DNA from: Minisyncoccota bacterium
Lineage (GTDB): Bacteria; Patescibacteriota; Minisyncoccia; Phycocordibacterales; UBA2100
NCBI GenBank assembly: GCA_036517195.1
Contig: DATDXU010000005.1
Span: 4,975 to 68,974 of the forward strand
Direction: 5' to 3'
DNA: 64,000 nt
The number at the start of each line of letters is the position of its first letter. Position 1 is the first letter of the stretch. Below the pieces are notes generated by a model. It was not told the origin of the DNA. It ran no database searches and worked only from the letters and a program-made list of their open reading frames with translations. Shown here in pieces: positions 47,422 to 55,812 of the stretch. The position numbers were made by a program, and so were the translations under genes.

Positions 47422-47703
47422 ATGGAAGACAAGGACATTCAAGATATTTACAAAGTAGTAAGAGATAACAATCGCATGTTGCACGCCATGCGCAGGAATG
47501 CCTTCCTTGGAACCATAGTTAAATTTCTTCTGTACACCGGACTTCTAGTCGTATTGCCTTTCTGGCTCTACTCAACATACTTGGCACCCATCCTTGGAGA
47601 AGTTCTTGGCACATTGGGGCAGGTACAGGGGGTTGGCGCGAACGCACAAAATCAAATTGGCGAGTTGCAGAAACTTCTCCAGCAGTTTACCCTACCGAGG
47701 TAG
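47422..47703 (+). CDS. hypothetical single-TM protein
   Basis: NN.ML..MRR motif plus TM; -10 box 7 nt upstream. Confidence 0.75.
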   Translation: MEDKDIQDIYKVVRDNNRMLHAMRRNAFLGTIVKFLLYTGLLVVLPFWLYSTYLAPILGEVLGTLGQVQGVGANAQNQIGELQKLLQQFTLPR

Positions 47704-47712
47704 GGTACAGTT

Positions 47713-47750
47713 GCCCAGATAGCCAAGGGGCAGGTAGATAGTTAGAGCAT
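47713..47750 (+). pseudogene. degenerate 5' fragment of tRNA-Phe
   Basis: AGTTGCCCAGATAGC..CAGGTAG..TAGTTAGAGCAT repeats the start of the tRNA 56 nt downstream. Confidence 0.65.
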
Positions 47751-47768
47751 GCGATCGGTGGTGTAGTT

Positions 47769-47842
47769 GCCCAGATAGCTCAGGTAGTTAGAGCATTCCC
47801 CTGAAGAGGGAAGGGTGGTCAGTGCAAGTCTGACTCTGGGCA
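47769..47842 (+). tRNA. tRNA-Phe(GAA)
   Basis: GCCCAGA/TCTGGGC; TTCCC-CTGAAGA-GGGAA; T-loop variant TGCAAGT. Confidence 0.9.
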
Positions 47843-47881
47843 CAAAGCGAGGTGATGTTGGGAGGTTGCACCTCCCAACAT

Positions 47882-48427
47882 TTATTTATTTTGTTCTCGT
47901 AGATACGCAAGCATGGTGTTTGCATCGGACACCGAAAAAGGGTCTGTTCCGCAATTATCAGAGAATTCCGGTTCAATAAACATTTTTTCGATTGTTCCAT
48001 CGTTTACAAACATGCTGTAACGCCACGAACGATTCCCAAAACCAAGGTTTTCCTTTTTTACCAACATGCCCATGGCGCGCGTAAATTCAGCATTGCCGTC
48101 GGGTAACATGAATACTTTCTTCATCCCAAGATCCTCTTTCCAATGCTTCATGACGAATGCATCGTTTACAGAAAGACATATAACTTCGTCAATGCCGAGT
48201 TTTTTAAACTCATCGTACGCAGTTTCATATCCGGGAGCATGAGTTGAGGAGCAGGTGGGAGTGAATGCGCCAGGCAAGGCGAACAGGACAATTTTCTTGC
48301 CTCCAAAAATGTCTTTTGTCGTTTTATCTTCCCACCGGTACGGATTATCGCCACCGATCGATTCATCCCGAACGCGCGTTTTAAAAATAACATCCGGCAC
48401 CTTTTTATGTTCAAGTTTGTGAGCCAT
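47882..48427 (-). CDS. peroxiredoxin (Prx5/PGdx-type)
   Basis: LPGAFTPTCS..H.PG, SVNDAFVM, PDGN..FT, G.RSWRYSM. Confidence 0.93.
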   Translation of the reverse strand: MAHKLEHKKVPDVIFKTRVRDESIGGDNPYRWEDKTTKDIFGGKKIVLFALPGAFTPTCSSTHAPGYETAYDEFKKLGIDEVICLSVNDAFVMKHWKEDLGMKKVFMLPDGNAEFTRAMGMLVKKENLGFGNRSWRYSMFVNDGTIEKMFIEPEFSDNCGTDPFSVSDANTMLAYLREQNK

Positions 48428-48520
48428 GTTTTTAGTATACAAAGTAAGACAGTTAGCACTTCTTGACGTGGTTGAATCAGCGTGATATATAAAGTTTGGT
48501 TAACAACGAACAAGGAGACG

Positions 48521-49012
48521 ATGGCCATGAAGAAACGGCTCATGTTGTCGGCAATGCTCATTGTCACTTTGATGGTGATGTCGTCACTTACCTCGGCACA
48601 AGAGGTGGAAGTCAAAATTGGAGAAGAGTTCAAGCTCTCCTTATTTGATGTTCTTACCGCTGGGTATACCTCAATATCACGACCGTTTCAATTTGAAGCT
48701 ACGGGTCGTAAGTATGACATGTCCTGCGATATTCATCTTGATGGTACAGTGAAAGTGGTTGGTTTCTTTGAAGATCCATCACTGCCGCGCAAACGCGCCA
48801 CCGTGGCTCTTATGCAATACATACATCCCGCCGTACGACCCACAAATCGCGAGCCCCTGCTCGGCCATGTCTTCCCGAAATGGTGCTCGGAAAACAAACA
48901 TTTCTACCCGATACACTTCTTGACTTCTCTTGAGGAGTTGGAGCGCATCAAAAAGAGGATTGCAGACGGTAAGACAGTAGACAATGAAATCAAAAAGTTG
49001 CTCACGAAGTAA
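48521..49012 (+). CDS. secreted hypothetical protein
   Basis: AAGGAG SD; signal peptide; downstream hairpin plus T-tract. Confidence 0.7.
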   Translation: MAMKKRLMLSAMLIVTLMVMSSLTSAQEVEVKIGEEFKLSLFDVLTAGYTSISRPFQFEATGRKYDMSCDIHLDGTVKVVGFFEDPSLPRKRATVALMQYIHPAVRPTNREPLLGHVFPKWCSENKHFYPIHFLTSLEELERIKKRIADGKTVDNEIKKLLTK

Positions 49013-49070
49013 TTAGAGTAACAAAGGTTCATCCATGTGCGCTCCGCTAACCACGGGGCGTTTTTCTTTT

Positions 49071-49553
49071 CTACCGACTCCTGACTTTGAGTTTCGTTTG
49101 TTTTGCCTTATTTATTTTTGGAAGACGAATCATGAGAATGCCGTGTTTTTCAGATGCTTCTGCTGAATCCACATCCACTTCTTCGGGCAAGAGAATGGTG
49201 CGCGAGAATGAACCCCAGTAGAGTTCGCGTTGGAAGTAGTTTTCTTCTTCTACCTCTCGCTCGTCTTCGCGCACACCGGAGATGGTGACCATTTCGCGCG
49301 TGAGCGCGATGTCAACTGAGGTTGGCTGAATACCTGCAATAAGAGCTTTTACCACGAGCGCGTCCGGGGTTTGATAAATATCTACCGCAAGTTCTCCACC
49401 ACCGTCTTCAGGCACAGCTACATCTTGTGCCGCGATGTGTGCGTGAGAATGACGCTCTGCGCCCTTGCCCTCAAAGACAATGGGTGTTGTGTCCTCGGTC
49501 TCGTCATCAGACCCGAGTAGGCGAGTGAATAAAGATGGTTTGAGTAGCGACAT
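49071..49553 (-). CDS. Hsp20/alpha-crystallin small heat-shock protein
   Basis: VDIYQT, E..WGSFSR.I.LP..VD...A....GIL.I.LPK. Confidence 0.93.
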   Translation of the reverse strand: MSLLKPSLFTRLLGSDDETEDTTPIVFEGKGAERHSHAHIAAQDVAVPEDGGGELAVDIYQTPDALVVKALIAGIQPTSVDIALTREMVTISGVREDEREVEEENYFQRELYWGSFSRTILLPEEVDVDSAEASEKHGILMIRLPKINKAKQTKLKVRSR

Positions 49554-49585
49554 GGCGTTTATTTTTTTCGCAGTTTTGGGTGTAT

Positions 49586-49701
49586 CCCGTTAGAAATAAG
49601 AAGCTTGCGCTCCTGGCCTGAGAGTTGCACCTTGCTGCTATTCGTTTCTTTTGACATATTTTTTATGTACTACCAGTCAAACTTCTGCGATTTCTAACGG
49701 G
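49586..49701 (-). mobile_element. MITE-like CCCGTTAGA element in the 3' end of prsW
   Basis: perfect 14-bp inverted repeat ATCCCGTTAGAAAT/ATTTCTAACGGGAT. Confidence 0.75.
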
Positions 49702-50379
49702 ATGAATGCGTTTTACGTATTCAAGCACGGCGAGCAGTACAATGACCCCAATCCATACCAAAGAAAAGGTTCGCAATAGATGCTCTTCCGATACAGTAAG
49801 TATAAGGAAGTTGAAAGTACTGTGCAAAAGCGCGGCGAGGATAACTCCAATCCACGCGAAGTGTATACGTGCCCTTTCCCCCCTGTAGAATGAAAGTGCT
49901 ATGGCGACACCCACGACAGCAGAGGAAAGAACGTGGAGTAACGTGGCGCCCAAGAAGCGCAAGTTGCCCGTCATGACCGTTTCAACGAGGGTATTTCCCG
50001 CAAGTGGACTCAATAAAAAGAGCGTGTTTTCTATTGCCGCAAAACCAAGTGCCACAGTTACCATATAGATAACGGGATCAATCGGTTCATCATCTTCGCG
50101 TCTTCGCAATACAGTGAGTCGCGCTGCGAGATATTTGACAACTTCCTCGATAACAGACCACGCTGTAAAAATTATGACTGTTCCAGTCAAAAATCCCGCG
50201 GCGAATTTTTGGATCGGAATAACAACGGCAACGCTTATCATGCCCGCGAGGAATGCGAGCGCGATCAAGTATCGTGGTTCCGGATGTTCAGAATCTTCGC
50301 GGAGCCAAAACCACAACCAAGCAAGGGCAGGGAAGATGCCGCCCGCAATCGCTATCACGAAAGGAAAAATTTCAGTCAT
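49663..50379 (-). CDS. prsW: PrsW-family intramembrane glutamic protease
   Basis: D..HPEP, IEEVVK, ALGFAAIEN, LLH, LHS.FN. Confidence 0.88.
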   Translation of the reverse strand: MTEIFPFVIAIAGGIFPALAWLWFWLREDSEHPEPRYLIALAFLAGMISVAVVIPIQKFAAGFLTGTVIIFTAWSVIEEVVKYLAARLTVLRRREDDEPIDPVIYMVTVALGFAAIENTLFLLSPLAGNTLVETVMTGNLRFLGATLLHVLSSAVVGVAIALSFYRGERARIHFAWIGVILAALLHSTFNFLILTVSEEHLLRTFSLVWIGVIVLLAVLEYVKRIHPVRNRRSLTGST

Positions 50380-52556
50380 GGAGTAGTAGTCCATCTGGCG
50401 ACCATAAGAAGTTCAGAATCTTTTTTTGGTAATTTTTGCCAAATTGCTTCAGTAACGAATGGCATGAAGGGATGAAGCAGTCGGAGACATGTGATTAGTA
50501 TAGCGTACAGCGCGTGACTTCTTGATGTCGCATCTTCGCCACCGCGTGTGAATATTTTTTTCGATTCTTCTATGAGTTCATCTGCAAATCGATTCCATAT
50601 AAAATGGTATAAGGTGTCGGCAGCGAGGTCTAATCTAAAGTTTTCGATATGTGCTGTTGTGTCGCGTGTGAGTATTTCCACCTCTTCCAATATTTTTTTG
50701 TCTGCCTCTGTCGGCGGGATGTCATTTTTTAGAGTGTCTGCGCTCGTATGTTCAAGAACAAATCTAGCTATATTCCAAATTTTATTCGCAAAGTGTTTGT
50801 ATCCGCGGATTTTTTCTTCCGAGATGGTACTGTCGGTACCGGGTGCCATGCCTGCAATCAGCGACATACGTACCGCGTCCATGCCGTATTTTTCCGCCAT
50901 ATCGAGCGGGTCAATGTTATTACCGAGTGATTTTGAAATCTTGCGTCCCTCCTTGTCCCGCACGAGTCCGTGCAAATACACTTTTTTGAATGGAGTGTGC
51001 CCGAGATGAAATCCACTCATCAAAATCATGCGTGCTACCCAGAAGGGGAGAATGTCGTATCCGGTTTCAAGAATGGCGGTCGGGTGGTATGACCCCAAAT
51101 CTTTTGTTTTTTCTGGCCATCCGAGTGTTGAAAATGTCCACAGACTTGAAGAAAACCACGTGTCCAAGACGTCAGTGTCCTGTATCCACCCACCTCCTTT
51201 TGGGGCTTCAAAACCACAGTGTATTTCCTCTCCTCGGTACCACACGGGGATTCGATGGCCGAACCATATTTGTCTGGAAACGCACCAATCGCGAAGGTTT
51301 TCTATCCAGTGGAGGTATGTTTTTTCAAAATGTTCAGGAGTTATTTTTATTTCTCCGTTTTCTACGACAGCTTTCATCCACTGTTTTAGTGTCAGTGTGC
51401 CTTTCGGCGACTCAAACGGTATATTCACTCCAACGAACCACTGCTTCTTTATCTGTGGTTCAAGTATGCCACCACCCCGATAATTTGTTGCGACATTGTG
51501 TTTGTATTGTTCGTCTATTTTTGTCACGAGCCCCTTCGCCTTCAATTTTTCCACGATGCGAGCGCGTGCTTTCTTAATGTGCTCTCCCGCAAATTCTCCA
51601 GCGATGGGGAGCAAAAGTCCGCGGTCGTCAATGATGCGTTCCATTTCAAGTGTGTGTCGCTGCGCGATTTCAAAATCTATGCCAGAGTGCGCGGGTGTTA
51701 TGGTCATGACGCCGCTTCCAAACGACATATCCGCTGCCTCGTCTTTAATAACAGTCGCGACAACGGGACCGTTAATCCACTCCGCTTCAAATGTCTCTCC
51801 GTGCTTGTGTTTTTTGTATCGCTCATCGCTCGGATGCATCACCACATACTTATCGCCGAATTTTGTTTCTGGACGAACCGTGCTGATTGTAAATGGTCCG
51901 TACTGGAGGTGGTAGAGAGGGTCGGTTTGTTCTACATACTCTATCTCGTCATCGGACACCGTTGTCTGTGATTTTGGGTCCCAGTTGACGATACGCAAAC
52001 CTCGATAGATGAGTCCGGCTTCATACATGCGCACAAACGCTTCCGTGACCGCGCGCGAGCGCTTTTCATCCATTGTGTACGCGTAGCGACTCCAATCCAG
52101 TGACGCCCCCATTTTTTTGATCTGAGTTATGATAGTTGATCTATTTTCCGCAATGAATGTTTCAATGCGCTTCAAGAGGTTTTCTCTTCCGATATCGTGG
52201 CGTGTCTTTTTTTCTGCCTTATATATATCCGCCTCAACCTTCGCTTGTGTTGCAATTGCGGCAGAGTCTGTCCCCGGTATCCAGAGTGTGCGTTTGCCTT
52301 GCATGCGCGCCGCGCGGACGAGGATGTCTTCTATTGCAATCATGAGAGCGCTCCCCATGTGGAGAACCCCCGTTACATTTGGCGGCGGGAGAACTATGGA
52401 AAACGTTTCGGCATCCGGTTTCGTGATGCCTTTTTCAATGCAGACGTCTGGGTTAGCAAAGCCGCCCTTCTCCCACAGTTCCAGCATTTTTTGCTCCTGC
52501 TCTTGAGGGTTATATGGTTTGAGGAATTGCTCGGGAACGTCTCGTTGTAGCTTCAT
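50376..52556 (-). CDS. valS: valine-tRNA ligase (no C-terminal coiled coil)
   Basis: PPPNVTG.LHMG, DWCVSRQIWFGHRIP, DVLDTWFSS, KISKSLGN, LLHPFMPF.TE. Confidence 0.96.
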   Translation of the reverse strand: MKLQRDVPEQFLKPYNPQEQEQKMLELWEKGGFANPDVCIEKGITKPDAETFSIVLPPPNVTGVLHMGSALMIAIEDILVRAARMQGKRTLWIPGTDSAAIATQAKVEADIYKAEKKTRHDIGRENLLKRIETFIAENRSTIITQIKKMGASLDWSRYAYTMDEKRSRAVTEAFVRMYEAGLIYRGLRIVNWDPKSQTTVSDDEIEYVEQTDPLYHLQYGPFTISTVRPETKFGDKYVVMHPSDERYKKHKHGETFEAEWINGPVVATVIKDEAADMSFGSGVMTITPAHSGIDFEIAQRHTLEMERIIDDRGLLLPIAGEFAGEHIKKARARIVEKLKAKGLVTKIDEQYKHNVATNYRGGGILEPQIKKQWFVGVNIPFESPKGTLTLKQWMKAVVENGEIKITPEHFEKTYLHWIENLRDWCVSRQIWFGHRIPVWYRGEEIHCGFEAPKGGGWIQDTDVLDTWFSSSLWTFSTLGWPEKTKDLGSYHPTAILETGYDILPFWVARMILMSGFHLGHTPFKKVYLHGLVRDKEGRKISKSLGNNIDPLDMAEKYGMDAVRMSLIAGMAPGTDSTISEEKIRGYKHFANKIWNIARFVLEHTSADTLKNDIPPTEADKKILEEVEILTRDTTAHIENFRLDLAADTLYHFIWNRFADELIEESKKIFTRGGEDATSRSHALYAILITCLRLLHPFMPFVTEAIWQKLPKKDSELLMVARWTTTP

Positions 52557-52600
52557 TCGGCTTATTTTAGCAGATATGTCGTCTGTGTGCTGTGTGGGGT

Positions 52601-53776
52601 TTAGTACAAACGCAGGTTTCCTTGCGCTCCAAGCGTTTCGGGATTTGGAATATCTTTTTTTAACGCACGAAAATAGCCAGCAAGAGCAATCATAAGCGCG
52701 TTGTCGCCTGAAAACTCTGGCGGACACACAAGAAATGTACGGTGTACGGTTGACAGTTGACCATTCAATTCTTCACGAAGATGTTTGTTGGCAGACACGC
52801 CACCGCCGACAATGAGTGTTTTTGCATCACGCATTTCGAGAGCCCGCATAGTTTTTGCGACGAGGACGTCAGTAATTGCGTTCTCGCACTCAAGTGCGAT
52901 TTCACTTCGCATTTCATCCCCAAGAGGAGCGTGCGCTTCTATGAGTCTTCGGGCGGCGGTCTTGAGGCCGGAGAATGAAAAATCAAACGTATCGTCGCGG
53001 AGCATGGGACGAGGGAGCGCGACTGAGGGTGGGAGGTTTCTATTTCTAGCTATCTCAGCGAGGGTGCTTATTTCAGGTCCTCCGGGGTAGGGGAGTCCCA
53101 ACAGGCGGGCGATTTTATCAAATGCTTCTCCTGCAGCGTCGTCGCGCGTTTGTCCAAGTAATTCATACACTCCAAAGTCGCGCATCAGAAGTAATTCTGT
53201 ATGCCCCCCGGAAACTAAAAGAGCTATTGCTGGAAATTCATACGCACGCATTGTGAATGTGTCTGCGCTCCCTTTTTTCTCGACGAGGGACATGATGATG
53301 TGTCCTTCCATGTGGTTTACGGGGACGAGAGGAAGATTCCACGCCTTCCCCAGCGCGCGCGCAAAATTTATTCCGACCCACAGCGCGGGCTCTAGCCCGG
53401 GGCCGACAGTAACGGCGAGTGCGTCAATATCTGGTTTCGGGTGAGTTTTGAGAAAGGGGAGCAATTGGTCGTACAGCCCTGACTCTCGCGTGAGAAGTTT
53501 TTCCAAGTCATTTTCATGTGTCGATATGTCGGTGGGGTGCGGGGCTGCCATTTCCACTTGTTCTAAAACACTTCGCAGTAAGGGAACCACGTTTTTGCTG
53601 TGCTCTCGTCGTGCGACATTTGGAAATACACCTCCGTACGGGCGGTGGGTCTCTATCTGAGATAGGAGTGCCTGCCCCTCAACTGTGCAAGAAAAGTCGC
53701 TGCCAAATGTGCCGCGCGCTTCTATAAGACATAGGGCAGTTTCGTCGCACGATGTTTCAATGCCGAGGATACGCAT
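52601..53776 (-). CDS. tsaD: tRNA threonylcarbamoyltransferase TsaD
   Basis: ILGIETSCDET, NHMEGH, LLVSGGHT, DDAAGEAFDK, GGVSAN, DNALMIA. Confidence 0.96.
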   Translation of the reverse strand: MRILGIETSCDETALCLIEARGTFGSDFSCTVEGQALLSQIETHRPYGGVFPNVARREHSKNVVPLLRSVLEQVEMAAPHPTDISTHENDLEKLLTRESGLYDQLLPFLKTHPKPDIDALAVTVGPGLEPALWVGINFARALGKAWNLPLVPVNHMEGHIIMSLVEKKGSADTFTMRAYEFPAIALLVSGGHTELLLMRDFGVYELLGQTRDDAAGEAFDKIARLLGLPYPGGPEISTLAEIARNRNLPPSVALPRPMLRDDTFDFSFSGLKTAARRLIEAHAPLGDEMRSEIALECENAITDVLVAKTMRALEMRDAKTLIVGGGVSANKHLREELNGQLSTVHRTFLVCPPEFSGDNALMIALAGYFRALKKDIPNPETLGAQGNLRLY

Positions 53777-53872
53777 ATCGCCTTGATACTACACGCGCAC
53801 GTATTCGTTGCAAAGTTGCATGTATGTGGCAAGGTGGTGGAAGCACTATATGGGAAATAGGGAGAAGGCATA

Positions 53873-55012
53873 ATGGATGTCAAGACATTTCTTCTTCCAG
53901 ATTTGGGAGAAGGGTTACAAGAAGCGGAAATCGTATCATGGAAGGTTTCCGTGGGGGATTCGATCGTGATGGATCAATTGCTGATGGAAGTAAAAACCCA
54001 GAAAGCGATTGTTGAAATTCCTTCGCCCTATACGGGCACGGTCAAGGCACTTCATGGCAAAGTCGGGGACGTGCTGGGGGTCGGAGTTCTCTTGGTTGAA
54101 TTTGAGGTTGCGGAATCTTCTGATTGTGACGTGTCTGCTCCAGAAAAAAAGATGGAACCTGCTTATCTTCCCACGCCTGAGCTTGAACCAAAGAAGGTCG
54201 CAGAGGGAGGGAGTACACATGGGATTCTTGCGATGCCGATGGTTAGGAAGCGCGCGTGTGAGCTTGGGGTAGACCTTTCAAAGGTTGCTGGAACTGGTCC
54301 GAACGGGTCCATAACTCTTGCGGACATTGAGCCAACGACACAACTGCAGACAATGATTTTGGGGGAGACGCGCAAAGAGTACGAAGCGCCTCTTCCCGGT
54401 GTGCGAAAGTTGATGGCGCGCACAATGGAGCGCGCGCACCGTGAGGTGGTTGCGACAACTGTGTTTGACAGGGCGCAACTTCCTTACGAGAGCACGACAT
54501 CAGATATTACGTCGCGTCTCATATATGCAGTCATCGCCGGATGTCGGGCTTCGCCTTCGCTTAACGCGTGGTACAACAGCGAGCGTCAAACGGTTACACG
54601 GCACGTATCAATTGACCTTGGACTCGCGGTAGACACCAAGCACGGACTATTCGTTCCTGTTCTTGAACGAGTGGATACGCTTCTGTATTTTGAAATGCGC
54701 GAAGCGCTTGTTGGTGTAAAGAAAGCAGTGTTGGGGGGCAAGGCGCTATCAAGTGTTACTCCGACCATCACGCTTTCAAACGTGGGTGCTGTGGGCGGCG
54801 AATATGCGACGGCCATAGTTGTTCCACCTCAAGTTGCAATTGTCGTCGCGGGGCGCATCAGGGATTCCGTCTGTGTTATGGAGGGGGAAGTGCGGAGGTG
54901 TAAAATTCTTCCGCTCTCGCTCACTTTTGACCACAGGGTGGTAACGGGAGTTGAGGCGACGAGGTTTTTGGTAGCAATGATTGAGTCGCTTGAAAAGAAG
55001 GATAATTTTTAG
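53873..55012 (+). CDS. 2-oxoacid dehydrogenase E2 (dihydrolipoamide acyltransferase)
   Basis: lipoyl domain LPDLGEGL...TQKA, E3-binding GTGPNG.I, catalytic FDHRVV.G. Confidence 0.92.
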   Translation: MDVKTFLLPDLGEGLQEAEIVSWKVSVGDSIVMDQLLMEVKTQKAIVEIPSPYTGTVKALHGKVGDVLGVGVLLVEFEVAESSDCDVSAPEKKMEPAYLPTPELEPKKVAEGGSTHGILAMPMVRKRACELGVDLSKVAGTGPNGSITLADIEPTTQLQTMILGETRKEYEAPLPGVRKLMARTMERAHREVVATTVFDRAQLPYESTTSDITSRLIYAVIAGCRASPSLNAWYNSERQTVTRHVSIDLGLAVDTKHGLFVPVLERVDTLLYFEMREALVGVKKAVLGGKALSSVTPTITLSNVGAVGGEYATAIVVPPQVAIVVAGRIRDSVCVMEGEVRRCKILPLSLTFDHRVVTGVEATRFLVAMIESLEKKDNF

Positions 55013-55079
55013 CTCCGGTTTCATTCCCCCTGTTCGACAAACTAATGGTGGCATGCTTCACTAGTTGAAGTTTCTGGAG

Positions 55080-55502
55080 ATGGAGGACTCTTTGTGGAAA
55101 TTTGGTAGCGACATAACTCGGAGTATCTCGCGAAAGGACATGTGGGCTCTCGCGGATAGGATTTGCGCACGAGCACAAGACCTATTCGAAAATCCCCTTG
55201 AGGTTAAGTTCTATGAGGATATTGAACAGACAGGGTTTCCAAAAGTTGACCCGTTCCTGTACATAGTAGAGTTCAAGAAATGTTACTTTCTTCGATGTAT
55301 TCCGTACAAAAAGAGAATCAAGACGCTATTCTCTATAAATGTTTTACTCTACGGAACCATGGATGGGAAAAGAGAGGTGCGGTGTCATGTGTTTGAACAG
55401 GTGCTGTACAGTATTGTGGAAGATGAGATGCGCGCATTCAAAGATGCGCATCATCTGACTCACATTGCTATGATGCTGGATTTTCCGCATCGTACTGACT
55501 AG
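55080..55502 (+). CDS. hypothetical protein
   Basis: ~140-aa ORF followed by terminator GGGCACATCC/GGATGTGCCT plus T-tract (55511-55545). Confidence 0.6.
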   Translation: MEDSLWKFGSDITRSISRKDMWALADRICARAQDLFENPLEVKFYEDIEQTGFPKVDPFLYIVEFKKCYFLRCIPYKKRIKTLFSINVLLYGTMDGKREVRCHVFEQVLYSIVEDEMRAFKDAHHLTHIAMMLDFPHRTD

Positions 55503-55552
55503 GTTTTTATGGGCACATCCGAGCAGGGGATGTGCCTTTTGTTTTGTCTTTA

Positions 55553-55624
55553 TGCGCGCTGTAGGGATTGAACCTACGACCCTCGTCACGTCAAGACGAT
55601 GCTCTACCACTGAGCTAAGCGCGC
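55553..55624 (-). tRNA. tRNA-Val(GAC)
   Basis: GCGCGCT/AGCGCGC; TCGTC-TTGACGT-GACGA; GTAGG-TTCAATC-CCTAC. Confidence 0.95.
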
Positions 55625-55655
55625 ATGTGTCAATGAGGAATACTATATAGGCTAC

Positions 55656-55718
55656 TGTGCGCTTGTAAATCGCATCATCCTGCTGGAGCCCTGCCTGCCG
55701 GCAGGCAGGTAAGCGCGC
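55656..55718 (-). pseudogene. collapsed tRNA-Val remnant carrying the 20-bp palindrome
   Basis: GCGCGCTTA[CCTGCCTGCCGGCAGGCAGG]GCTC...TACAAGCGCACA. Confidence 0.6.
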
Positions 55719-55812
55719 CATCGTACACCATTATACTTATTACTGTGAAAATGCTATAAAGCACGAGGTTCGTTGCTCGCTAGCAGGGCAATAATAGAGG
55801 AGAATACACACA

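Noticed and set aside
49604-49630. CIRCE-like CTTGCGCTC-N9-GAGTTGCAC upstream of hsp20
   Set aside because: Only 11 of 18 consensus positions match, it lies within an inserted element, and no CIRCE is seen at groES.
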